A stretch of DNA of 60,106 nucleotides, counting the filler, from Sphacelaria rigidula (lineage: Eukaryota): NCBI GenBank assembly GCA_964200075.2. It is 10 parts of 10 records of this genome, joined end to end, with 100 filler letters (N's around TTAATTAATTAA, not from the genome) between each part and the next. Parts side by side here need not be neighbours in the genome. Positions count along the whole stretch, not along the records: positions 48,167 to 54,086 come from CAXNAA020023486.1; positions 54,187 to 60,106 come from CAXNAA020023487.1; 8 more parts are not named here. One strand, written 5' to 3'. The number at the start of each line of letters is the position of its first letter. The first letter of the stretch is position 1. The notes under the pieces were generated by a model, which did no database searches, had not been told where the DNA came from, and saw nothing but the letters and a program-made list of their open reading frames with translations. Shown in pieces: positions 48,256-59,408 of the stretch. A program made the translations under genes and the position numbers.

Positions 48256-50444
48256 AAGAATCCCCTCAACGTGCATAGAAATCCCCTCTAGAGAGGGGAT
48301 TTCCATGCACCTCGAAGGGGAACATATATGTCACGTTGATAGGGGTACATGCAAAGGCGTACCACACAACCCAACCAATAACAGCTGAACCTGAGGAACT
48401 TGGTGGCTCCGCAAACCAAAAACACACAGCTCAAGCCGTAGCCGCTCATCAGCTGTGCACGTTGTGCGTGATCTTGCTCAAATCTGTTCAGAATTCGTTG
48501 AGAGATGCTGATTTGTGTGAGACGGGCGCGCAACACACGCTCACAAAACGGTCCGCAACGACACGTTTTCGATTGTTTTTTACACGCACGCGGGCGCCAT
48601 TCGTCCAATACAGAACGAATTTCCGTCTGCCTTGTTGCGCGATGTCGGCAGCATTACACAGACCTTGGACCTGCTTGACAAACCGCCACTTCCAGACCCG
48701 CCGCATTTCTCAACCTGCATGCAGGGCTGGGTTCCAACCTGTACAAAACTGCTTCTCAAGGGGGCTCGAGACTGGTCGTTATGGGACCAATCCCCTGTCA
48801 AAAGGGGATCGTGAAACGGGGATAAACCCCTTCGTTACACTATAAGGGAAGTCGCTCTGCAATTGTACTATCTTGCTTCGTTAAGAAGGGCCCTTACCTC
48901 TGCACAAATGATCCCCTATGCGCCCTTCATTCGCTGCCAATATCCGATCGGAATTCCATGGAAATATTCGTTCGAACACGTATTTATATACTCTACCTTA
49001 CCGCAAATAACTACAAGAGGATTCATCGCCTAAATCCCGCTATTTCGCCGCCGAAACGCTATGAACATTTGCCCGGGAGAAGACATCCAAATCGTGCCCA
49101 CATGCCCTCCCGTGCCTCGGTCAACCGACGAATCACCATTACCCTCTCCCTTTTTCCTAAAAAACTTACGATGCCTGAGCTCTGCACCATGCATTCTCGA
49201 CATGCCCATCTCTCCGGCTATATCCCATCAACGTCTATGCTTCCACCATCTCCTTGCCAACGAACAAAGGGCCCCACATCCACTCACTGCCCGGCGATCT
49301 CGCATCTCATGATGTCTTTACCACGATACGATCCCCTCCCCCCTTTAATCATTTCATCCCCGGCTCCAACATAAATAATCTGCACATCATCATTACGGCG
49401 TGCTGCATTGTAGTATACATCGGCCCCCGTTACCCACATTTCGGTCTCAAACAAGACTTGTTGTGTTGTATGTAGTGGAAAACGGATTCGTCGTTACGGA
49501 GGCGCTGATGAAGCAAGGGTACAGGTACCTGCGCGACGGGGTACAAGACATTGCACCTCCCGTCAACGTGGGATTTCTCGGCGTGTGACTATGGCGACGT
49601 CAAGGAGGTGGCCACCGATTTGAAGTCGACAGGTTCAAGGTCAAGGTTAAGGTGGGTCGTCCTGCGGTTTATTTGTTATGCACTCGTTCTGTGCGTAGAG
49701 GCGTTACGTCGTACTGTATTGTGCTGCATAGGTAATGTCCTCCTGTTCTGAGCTCTCTTCGTCGTGACTTTAGACCGCGTGATCAATACGGTTTCTCCGA
49801 CATTTCAGCGATCTAATTTATTTGTAGTATCATGGTGAACTGGAGTAGGCGTCGTTTCCTGTTTGGGTCATCGTGAACGTTGATGTATTTACTATTCTAG
49901 TACTGCTGACATCACAACGCACGATCACTGCGTTTAACAGTACAGTCGTCGTAATTCCCGACTTCAATTCATGACTCCCATTCATACTTTTGCAGTTCAC
50001 TGTACTACGCGTGCTTTATGCACTATGTCCCTCCCTCCTTGCCATCGCCACAGTATTTTTCTTTTTGCTCCCGCTGTTTTTGTCTGTCGCTGTACTGTAC
50101 TGTACTGTGTTCATCGTGACTTTGGATCGCACCATCGCCACGTCTTACACCAGTGTCCTCGTCAATCACCACAGTACTGTACTGTACCGTGCTGCTCCTC
50201 ACTTTCGACCACACGATTTGTTATGTCTTACACCACTGTCCTCGTCATACAATCACAACGTCTTTCATCCTACTTTTCGTCCTCCCTACCTCTTCCCTTC
50301 ACTTTACATGTCCTTCACTGACCCGCTGTCCAATGCGCACATTCGAAATTTATATCTCAACATCTACACCGTCCTGTCGTCCTTCCCTCCTCTTCCCCTC
50401 AGGTCTTCGTGACGAGGACTACCAAGGAGCAGCGCCAAGCTCTC

Positions 50445-50974
50445 GAAGAGTGCGACGTTTTATCTGGGAAGAAACGTGACGACGTTCTCGAGTACCTCAT
50501 GTCTGACGACGACTCCGACAATAACGAACGAGGTAACAGCGAGGAATACCAAACCCCACCCAAGAGACAAGGGCTACAGCACAACAGTCCAGCCCCCGCT
50601 TGAAAGGCCGGAACGCCGACCGGCTCCGTCGACTCCATCTCAGACAGTGCTACTCTGCCCCCCGATTTTGCTCAACTACTGAACAAAGAGTCTATAATCA
50701 ACTACTGAACAAAGAGTCTATAAATAGACTATTTGTTCAGTAATTGAACAAAATCGGGGGGCAGAGTAGCACTGTCTGAAAGGGAGTCGACGGAGCCGGT
50801 CGGCGTTTCGGCCTTTCAAGCGGGGGCTGGACTGTTGTGCTGTAGCCCTTGTCTCTTGGGTGGAGTTTGGTATTCCTCGCTGTTACCTCGTTCGTTATTG
50901 TCGGAGTCGTCGTCAGACGTGAGGTACTCGAGAACGTCGTCACGTTTTTTCCCAGATAAAACGTCGCACTCCTC
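50445..50974. repeat. Long near-perfect palindrome (~250-bp arms, 2-nt loop)
   Basis: Centre AGTCTAT-AA-ATAGACT at 50715-50730; both strands translate to nearly the same peptide; 26-bp tandem duplication in the left arm. Confidence 0.95.
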
Positions 50975-51438
50975 CCGCGGCGGATCCAAGCGGACCTTTT
51001 GGGGTCGTGGGCTGTTACAGCTTTTGAGCGTACGCAGCGAACGCACCCATTCAACACCACCATGGTGCTTTGTGGCGTGAGATTGTGGGCACAAAGCTTG
51101 TATGCGACGAGTACGGGGTACCCCCGGTGCTTCGTCCTTTACATTGTGTGCGTTAAGTTAAAAAAATTGAACTGTTGAATTTTCACAACCCTGGTGGAGT
51201 TGAGTGTTGTTACGAGGTGATTGTACAGACGCCGCTACAGTCAGTACAGACAGTCGAGCAACGAAAGCTAGCTTTGACTGGGTTTTCCGACGTACTACCA
51301 CCAGCGTTGCTTGAAAGCTACAATATCTTTGCGGTCGGCAGTCACAAGACCTGTGCGGTCGGCAGTTGATGGCGTGGGTCGCAAATGCAACGACAAGTGG
51401 TTGATCATGAAGCACTCTTGTTCCTCGTGAAACATATA

Positions 51439-51690
51439 ATTTGAGTAGAGTAGTGGAGGTCGTACTCGATCTACTCCAATTTTGAGTAGAGTATTTCAAG
51501 GGAAGGTCGACGAGTATTTGTATTTGAGGCCGTACTCGACCTACTACTCAGAATTTGAGTGCGGTATTTGAGGTCGTACTTGACCTTGTCAAAATTTGAG
51601 TAGAGATTTTGAGGTCATATTCAATCTACTCAAAATTTGAGTAGAGTATTTGACGTCAAACCCAATCTGCCCGAAAATTGGGTAGGTCAC
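51439..51690. repeat. ~41-bp minisatellite (AATTTGAGTAGAGTATTTGAGGTCGTACTCGACCTACTCAA), about 5-6 diverged units
   Basis: Direct reading; units are internally palindromic. Confidence 0.8.
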
Positions 51691-53002
51691 TGAGGCCGGA
51701 CCCGATGTATCACCGCTGACTCTCCCATGGAGGAGTCACATGTGCGGCCAGTAGAGTCGCTCATTTTGATAATACCTACCCGACAGCCCGTCTCGTCGAT
51801 TACTCGATGATGACGATGAGTAGCGCTCTGTGCTGAAAGTGATATCAAAGGGATCGAGAGGTATCAAGTATGTCCTGCGATGGGTGGGGGATGGTGAGCT
51901 GGGGCAGGTAGGTTCGTTCACCTGCACGCTCTCTTTTGTTTTTCTTGGCCATCAGCCCGTGACGTACCGCCACTCATCTGATTGATCGCCATCGTTCGCC
52001 CATGTATTCAACATAGTCTGTGAAGGGACGTCACGAGGTTGCCGACGGTCACGGTTACTGATCACACCCAAGTGAAACTCTATGCTTAAGTATTACTGAG
52101 AGTGCTTACTCAGTATTTGAGGTGAAACAGCTTCTGCCCTTCGAGAAGGGCGCCGGGCGGAACCCTGCAACAATGCTGTTCCTCAAGCGCCAACCTCGCG
52201 TGACCAGGGAGTATCAGAAGCTACACAGTATTCTCGCCTTCACGCTAGCCGGCAAAGAGGTTCTTCATGCGCTGATTGGGCGAATGGTCAACGGTCCGCA
52301 GGCAGTTGTCGTTCTGTCGTGCTCCGATGTGTCTCAGAAGAAGCCGGGCGATTGTATCGCGTGTTGTTATGTGTTGGGGCCACAAGATCAACAAGAGTGC
52401 CACTAAGCAGAAGGTATATATGGTCCCGCCGAAGAACATCGCGACCAAACCGACGAAGGACCAAGGCAGTCACTCGGCTTTGAAGTCCAAGACCAAGAAC
52501 AATACCATGTACACGCAGAAGCTACTGATGACGGCTTTGCGAGGGATCGTGGGGGTGATCAATATTACTCAGAAGGATACAGAGGGAGTACTTCTCAAGT
52601 TCGGAGCGTCCGTCCCGTTCAGCTTCCTCAATTCCAATGGAGATGAGAGGAACAGACATGATCAATATGTGGTTTAGTTGCGAGAACGATGGGAAATGAG
52701 CACACCTCACGTCGCCCCTTCAGCCGCAGGCAGTTGACAGCCCGCCTCTAACAGTCGTTGCAGAAGTGTTGAAAGTTTTGGTGCACCAATATCAGATTTG
52801 TTCGAATGCATTCAGTTAGCATTGTTAGTATTCCGAACGGGCAGACTGATCTATGCATTTTCCCCTTGACGCGCGTTCATCTTTTCCTCGTGCCGACTCG
52901 TTGGCCGTGCCACCGTGTTAGTCTGCTCAGGTTCAGGACATTCCTACAAACGTGACGTCGGCCTTCGGAAAATGACCCATGAAAAGAGGAACGTATTCAA
53001 AC

Positions 53003-53405
53003 GAGTCATCCTACGATAGGGAGGGGTACTATATTTCGAGCCGCTCTTGCACGAAATTCCAAGTCAAGCTGTCGTTTAAGCAGCAACCGTGGTTCGAACG
53101 AGCTTCTTATACATACATATATATATATAACGCTCATTCACACTGCTTGAGACCGCTTATATCCAAATACAAGCGCACCGCGAGTGTGGCAGGTCGTCTG
53201 GCACACGTGTGAGCCTCTTTTCTCGTACAATCAAATACCCCCCTCTACGGTATCTACGGCGCTTCGCGCTTGGCGATTGAGTGCGAGTCTGGTCCGGCGA
53301 AACCCGGCGTGCTCCGTCCCGGCTTTGTGGGGATGCGAGGTCAACGGTCTTATGACTATAACATGCATGATCATGAGTACACCCCCCACTATCGTAGGAT
53401 GACTC
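53003..53405. mobile_element. Sola-like MITE (403 bp)
   Basis: TIR GAGTCATCCTACGATAG / CTATCGTAGGATGACTC; flanks AAAC/CAAC. Confidence 0.8.
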
Positions 53406-54050
53406 CAACGCTGATGTTATATTAATATTGCACATCAGTCAACCGAAAGCAAGACCAGCCCTCGCGAGGAATTATGCTCACAGGCGTCGTCGCGAAGTGT
53501 TCACGCTTTCCGAGAAGCAAGAAGAATGTACGCCCGAGGGAAACGCACCTACCAGCCAGACAAAACACCATTTGTGGTATGCACAAGTGCGCCAACCTCT
53601 ACAACTAGAAACGTCAGCGTATCCTTCACGCCGGGGTGATGAACTCGCGCCCGCCGCCGCCCCCCCCCCCTTGTATCTTCACTTGAAAGTTACTTCGTGG
53701 CCCAGATTATGAACCCTGGCGGTCAAAATATCGACATCCCGAACATTAAGTCCTTGGATAGATATTCCGGGAGCAAACACCAGCATACACGAATGAAAGG
53801 TGCAAAATATGTACGATATCACAGGTCCTGTACGAATCACTGGTTGCGAAAATGTCACATTATTGGTTCGCCCCGCACTAACCGTGGATGAAATATGGAT
53901 ACGTACGCTTGATTAATACCGCATGAAAGAGAGAAGTATGTGCTTATGTCTCATGCCGTATGAGAGGAAAGTGGGGAACGCGTACGCTTGATTAATCTCA
54001 CATGGATCACAGGTGGAGAACATGAACATGAGATTCATGGTTACATTAAA

Positions 54051-54086
54051 CAGTGTTTTCGTGAGATTGAGAGTAGATGATACGAT
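54051..54086. mobile_element. Left TIR of the hAT-like MITE at a contig end
   Basis: CAGTGTTTTCGTGAGATTGAGAGTAGATGATACGAT. Confidence 0.7.
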
Positions 54087-54186
54087 NNNNNNNNNNNNNN
54101 NNNNNNNNNNNNNNNNNNNNNNNNNNNNNNTTAATTAATTAANNNNNNNNNNNNNNNNNNNNNNNNNNNNNNNNNNNNNNNNNNNN
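54087..54186. other. Artificial contig linker
   Basis: Same cassette. Confidence 0.98.
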
Positions 54187-54353
54187 GGTACGTGGCCAAA
54201 TGACTCCTCCTTGCTTGGATTATTTTTCTAACCGTTTGGTGTACTTTCTGCCCTCCCCCCCCCCCGTGCGTGTGTGTGTGTGCTTGTGTGTTTACTTCGT
54301 GGTTACCGGATTTCGGGGGTGGTGATGGTACATGTTATGATGGTGTGACATAG

Positions 54354-54521
54354 GACGTGTCGCTCGTGGTGAAGGGGTCCACCGGGAAGAGGAATTCCCG
54401 GAACGTTCCATACACGCAGTTTTTCGTCACGGGCATCAAGGACGAGGCGAACCAACAGGTGTACTGCTTCGTTTCCCTGCAGCCGGTGTCTGGGCCAGAG
54501 GCAGAGCCTTCACAGACTATG
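54354..54521 (+). CDS. Tandem PAS/LOV protein: exon with the C-terminal (PAC) strands of a degenerate LOV/PAS domain
   Basis: TAG/GTGAG, phase 0; DVSLVV...YTQFFVTGIKDEANQQVYCFVSLQPVS aligns by eye to aureochrome-type D.SVCLLNY...FWNQFFIAALRD.GG..TNFVGVQC.VS. Confidence 0.7.
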
Positions 54522-54611
54522 GTGAGCGCTGAGCCCTGAATCGGTTGACCGGGGAGCAGTCAATTCAACGTGGCGTCCCGTGTATCACACCAATATAACG
54601 CACTACTGTAT

Positions 54612-54615
<4 letters not shown>

Positions 54616-54650
<35 letters not shown>
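54616..54650. repeat. (CT)n microsatellite
   Basis: Direct reading. Confidence 0.95.
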
Positions 54651-54656
<6 letters not shown>

Positions 54657-54834
54657 TTGGGTAGGGTCTACGCGATATTTTGGTATTTTCAAAGGCGGAG
54701 ATCCAATTCATACCCACACTGGCGGCCAGGCCAGTGCTGTTGTTCCCCTCTTTGAAGCCCATAAAAGTCACCGGAAATAGGTTGGGCAGGTGATGTACGA
54801 CGTATCAACATACCGCAATATCGGATACACCCTA

Positions 54835-55151
54835 GCCCCGCGCCGGTGGTGTAATGGTCCGACCGTCGCTGTCAGGGTAAATAGAACGAGGGTTCGATTC
54901 CCGATGCGTTGGGTTTTCTTCCTCACAGTATGTGATTTCCACCGTGGAAAGCGTGAGAACGTGAGTGAACGAAGTAGTCGACCGGGTTTGTGTGGCGTGA
55001 GTTGACGCGGTGCGGGAGTCATGATAGTCATGACCCAATCCGCGAGACCAAACTGCAAGGCGTGTGTACCGGGAGAGATGGGCTGATCCCTGTAGACCAC
55101 AGACTCGAGCCGAAGAAAGAGGGGGGGTTCGAAGTGCGACAAGAAAAAAAA
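54835..55151 (+). mobile_element. tRNA-derived SINE (tRNA-Asp-like head) in an intron
   Basis: A-box TGGTGTAATGG, CTGTCA anticodon-like loop, B-box GGTTCGATTCC, ~240-bp body, A-rich tail; second copy at 32700. Confidence 0.75.
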
Positions 55152-55418
55152 TACTTTTATTATACTTAGATTGAGGGCTGGACTATCGGAAGATGGATCA
55201 TGATCGTGTACGTCCATGGCCGAACGCTAGATTGTGATAATGCACGTCCCTACCCAAACGTGAAATTTTGACGGTATCATGTGCGCCTCTCCTGGCCCAA
55301 ACATCAGATTGTGATCATGTACGTCCCTGATCCATGGTGACCCCCCTCCTCCGTCTATCACCGTTTCGACGTTGTTTTTGTTGCTGTTGTGTTCGGTCGG
55401 TTACGTCATTCTCCACAG

Positions 55419-55532
55419 CCATACCGATTCAGGCGGGCATGGGAATGCCTGAAGCCCTCGACGGTGTGGAGCCTTTTCACTCCGTACAAGACCCTGTGCG
55501 AGGCAGACGCAGGATTAGTTAGCGCGTTGCAG
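55419..55532 (+). CDS. Tandem PAS/LOV protein: linker plus A'alpha N-cap helix exon
   Basis: CCACAG/GT, 38 codons, phase 0; ends TLCEADAGLVSALQ, like aureochrome D.SLVKALQ; this frame is not in the ORF track. Confidence 0.75.
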
Positions 55533-56490
55533 GTATCTTGAGAAGAAAATAAGCACATGTATACATGTATATATATACATGATTTGTATTGGTGTGCTTA
55601 TTGTTGGATGTGTGAGGAATGTGGGGAAACAAATCATCAAAAAGTAGGCAAAATATATATTTTTCTGGGACACAATTTGCTTCATTGAATTAGCGGGCGA
55701 AGCTCATCACAGATAAGGGTAACCCGAAGTGAAAAGAAAGAAGCGCGACGATGGCCGAGCTTTCACACTCGGTACTGGCCCAAACTTACTTGAGGACTTC
55801 TCCAAAATCAGACGGAGGACTAGAACACGGGACATATCCTGTATCAGTACAGTGCCGCAGCGAAAACGCTCAAGCCCTGTCTCATGCGTTAAAGCTTCCA
55901 TCGCCTGTACCGTCGTGGTGTGTTCACACATTGCAAGGATGATCTGGATCGCATGAGCTGCGATATTTTCGTTGTGCTTGTCTCTGCAGAAAACAGTGTC
56001 GGTCGGCATGCAGTGCTGGCTGCACACTGTCGAAAACTTGATGGGTGTGTTGACTGTTTCCTCTTCCGTAAGACGAACAACGCGCTGTCCGTTGCTGCGA
56101 CACTCCTGCTGGTGCTGTGCGTTGGGGGCCTGTACTGTACCGTACTATTTGTGTTGTGTTGGATGAAACTGTAATATGCTGAAACGCTCTACGAAATTAG
56201 ACCGCACGAGCACTAGGTGTCAGACTACTCCCCTGGCTATTCCCAAGCCAAACTGAATCAATCCAGCCGAAAACAATTTCATGAGGCACGGCCTGAGGCC
56301 AGGCCTTGTCTTTTTGTGAGCAAATATTTCTTCGATCGAAAAAGTGCGGTGGGGAACAAAAATGCCGATCTGATGAGTCGTGAATTCAACCTAAAATGCT
56401 ATGGTTGAAATCACGACCTATCATATCGGAATTTCCCTTTTCTATTGCACATTTCCGATAGGAATTTTCACACCCCAAGAAAGGGCCTCA

Positions 56491-56680
56491 GGCCGTGTCT
56501 TCTCGAATTGTTTTCGTGTCGGAAACGTGTGGTCGAATCGAACATGCTCGTTTCTGATTCGTCCACGCTGCTAATTTTCTCACATGGTTGAAAACATGAA
56601 TGCCGCGGACGAATCAGGTACGAGCAAATTCGATTCCACCGCACGTTTTTGAGTCGAAAACAATGTGATAAGACACGGCC
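56491..56680. mobile_element. PIF/Harbinger-like MITE with adjacent partial copies (about 56260-56770)
   Basis: TCA|GGCCGTGTCTT...AAGACACGGCC|TTA. Confidence 0.75.
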
Positions 56681-56891
56681 TTATCAAATTGTTTTCGACT
56701 CGAGAACATGCGGTCGAATCGAACTGGTCGTTACGAGGCCGATTCTGATACGTCCACGGCATTTATGTTCCTAGATGGCTTCAAGTCCATTTTGTAATTC
56801 GTTGCGTGCGACGGGCAGGGTCAAAAACAAAAAAGCTTAGCTTTTTCGAGCGAAACGAGCGGCGGAATGAACGAAGCGGCACGTAACTCCC

Positions 56892-57943
56892 ATGTTGCAG
56901 ACAACCGTGCCAGATACCAGATACTACCCTTTCACAGAGGTACGCAAAACCCAAATTGTTCGTTCGCAGCTACTTACTCAACCTTCCAGCGCAGATCACG
57001 AACTGAGCGCAGGGATATACACACTGCAGTGGATGGAAACTGACACCACCACTGTTTTGGCGTGGTGTGTTCCTTTTTGTTAGCGAAAACTTGGGCATCT
57101 AATTTTGTTGCAGGATCCACCGACGGAGTTGCGTGTCGGGATGGGCGATCGAATTCCCAACGCGCTCATGAACAGTTGAGACGGTGCAAAACTGCACACG
57201 GTTCAAATCTGCTTCGCACCCTCATGTATGCAGAGAGTCAGAAAGCTGTCTCGTCTGTCAAATCTGCTGTATGTCGCGTTGCCCGCTTGTTTTCCACGTC
57301 TCGGCTGCATGCTGCGCGATACACACACACTACCTACACGGCACAGTAGTACAGGCTGCCACTGCTGGACAGTCTGTACTGTCTGTACCATACTAAATAT
57401 AGGTAAAGAAGTACCTATGTTGCAGACAACCGTACCACATACCAGGTACTACCCTTTCACAGAATCACGCAAAACCCGAAATGGTTCATTCACAACTACG
57501 TACCCAACCCTGCGGCATGAATCACGAACTCAGCACAGGGATATATACTGCAGCAGAGACAGGAAACCGATACCACCACACTTTTAGCATGATGTGTTTC
57601 TTGTTGTTGGCAAACACTTGGGCATCTAACTCTGTGGCAGGATCCACCGACGGGGTTGCGTGTCGGGGTGGGCGATCGATTTGCCAACGCGCTCATGTAC
57701 AGTAGAGGCGGTGAAAAACTGCACGTGGTTCAAATCTGCTCCGCCTCGTCCTGTATGCAGAGAGTCAGAACTTTGTGCTGTCTGTCAAATCTGCTGTGCG
57801 TCGCGTTGCTCCCTTCTTGTCCACATCGCGCCCGCATGCTGCGCGAAACACGCACCATTTGGACAGTTCAGGCCGCCACTGTACTGTTGTGCAGTCTGTA
57901 CCGTCTGTTCTATACCTAAATTGAATATAAGTGAAGAAGTACC
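56892..57943. repeat. Diverged tandem duplication, period 526 bp, intronic
   Basis: ATGTTGCAGACAACCGT at 56892 and 57418; both units end AAGAAGTACC. Confidence 0.9.
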
Positions 57944-58353
57944 GCTTCACAAATTTCGCTTCGCCTTTTCGATTCGAAGCGTGCCAATTCGCTCGGATCC
58001 AAACCTCGCAAAGTAAACTGAATCAGTTCCGCCGCACAATCTCGTTGGAGTCGGAGAAAATTTGGTACGACAACGCCACAGGTGGAGGTCGCGGTGTTGC
58101 GCGAACACCGAATCCACCGATCTCTATTATGGGACCTTCTCTCTGAACCTCTTCTCTGAACTCATGCTTGAAACTTTCAATACGGAGTTGCGTGATATTC
58201 TGACTCGGCTGAATCACACTAGCTCCAGTACTGGTTTCATGAACCGTTCCTTTCGATGTCTCGCGCTGAACCGTACTGGCTTCTGATGTTCATGTAGAGC
58301 ATATCGCTTGGATGTACCGAAGCATGATATTGTTTGCTTCCAGTAGACCCAAA

Positions 58354-58648
58354 GAAATGTTTGTACACAATGGTTGGTATTCGATTGTCCTTGATTCCAG
58401 ACTGGAAAAAGACGCGAGAAAATTCATGTTTAGGGGCAAATGAGCAGTAAAGCCAGCTCGTCCAGAACGTGTTTTCGTCCATGATGGGCACCTGGGTGTC
58501 AATTTTAGCTCTGCCAAGGCACACTGTGCCTAGGGAACACCTTGCACCTTCCTTGTCCGAAGGTTCTTCTACGCCTTGGGTCGGCGTTAGGGTAAGCGTT
58601 GGGGTTGACGGCACCTCCTCAGTACCAATCCTTGTGTACGAACATTTC
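58354..58648. mobile_element. MITE with ~26-bp TIRs and degenerate TTAGGG units
   Basis: GAAATGTTTGTACACAATGGTTGGTA / TACCAATCCTTGTGTACGAACATTTC. Confidence 0.7.
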
Positions 58649-59353
58649 GTTAGATGCCCTCATTATTGAAACCGGTACACTCACAATCACCCTTGCCCTC
58701 ATGACGCCTTCTCATTTCTCTTGCCTCGTTCGAACGGGGCGTAACGACCCCAACACGGGGTAGTAATGTAATTATTTTCGAATGGTAACCCCTTCTTGGA
58801 CGAGAGGGGTTCCGTGTTTCTCCTGATGTTTGTTTGTACAGAGTAACGAGTACAAGGATTGTCATTTTTCATGCAGCACGATCTGCAAGTAATTGTCATG
58901 ATTTATTTCAATGGATCAGTGGGTATGCGGTCTTCCGTCACGAGAAATGACTCTTCTCTTTCTCTTTTTCGATATGTTCTTCCTGATCATGCTCCATTTT
59001 CTGTGTCCCGTCATTTTTCACGTTCTCCCCTACCGACCGTGGCATGGTTTCCTCCCCGAATACTCATAACGCGACTAAAAATTTTCATGGGAGAACACCA
59101 CGGGTAGTAATCGAAGAGGGACGAAAGTATAGATGAGACTTGATTTTATTTGCATGTGCTTCAGAAAAAAAGCAGCATGGGTTTGCGTTGGCCCTGGATG
59201 TTGTGCATGTTGAACGCCCACCGGTTTTTCACGGGCGTGTCCGTCCGTTCTGTTTCGTTTTCCCAACTCCCACTACTGACTGTGTTGGCCTTGATATGAC
59301 ATGCGCTTCCGTCGTGTTTTTTTTTCGTCTTTTTGCTCTAAAAAATTGCACAG

Positions 59354-59408
59354 GACCGAAGAGAGATGTTCTGCATCACTGATCCAGAGCTATGGGACAA
59401 CCCGATTG
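59354..59408 (+). CDS. Tandem PAS/LOV protein: start of a canonical LOV core
   Basis: GCACAG/GTGAG; DRREMFCITDPELWDNPI(V) is the LOV F.ITDP..PDNPIV signature, in frame with the previous exon; not in the ORF track. Confidence 0.88.

Noticed and set aside
50409..51094. Convergent pair of near-identical small genes
   Set aside because: A consequence of the palindrome; no recognisable domain or splice structure
51439..51690. CRISPR-like palindromic repeat array
   Set aside because: Units are contiguous and diverged, with no unique spacers and no cas genes; eukaryotic context
5922..54186. Regularly spaced TTAATTAATTAA motif as a biological periodic element
   Set aside because: It is embedded in Ns and is a synthetic six-frame stop linker
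54835..54915. Functional tRNA-Asp gene
   Set aside because: No convincing acceptor or anticodon stems; it continues into a dispersed body with an A-rich tail, so it is a SINE head
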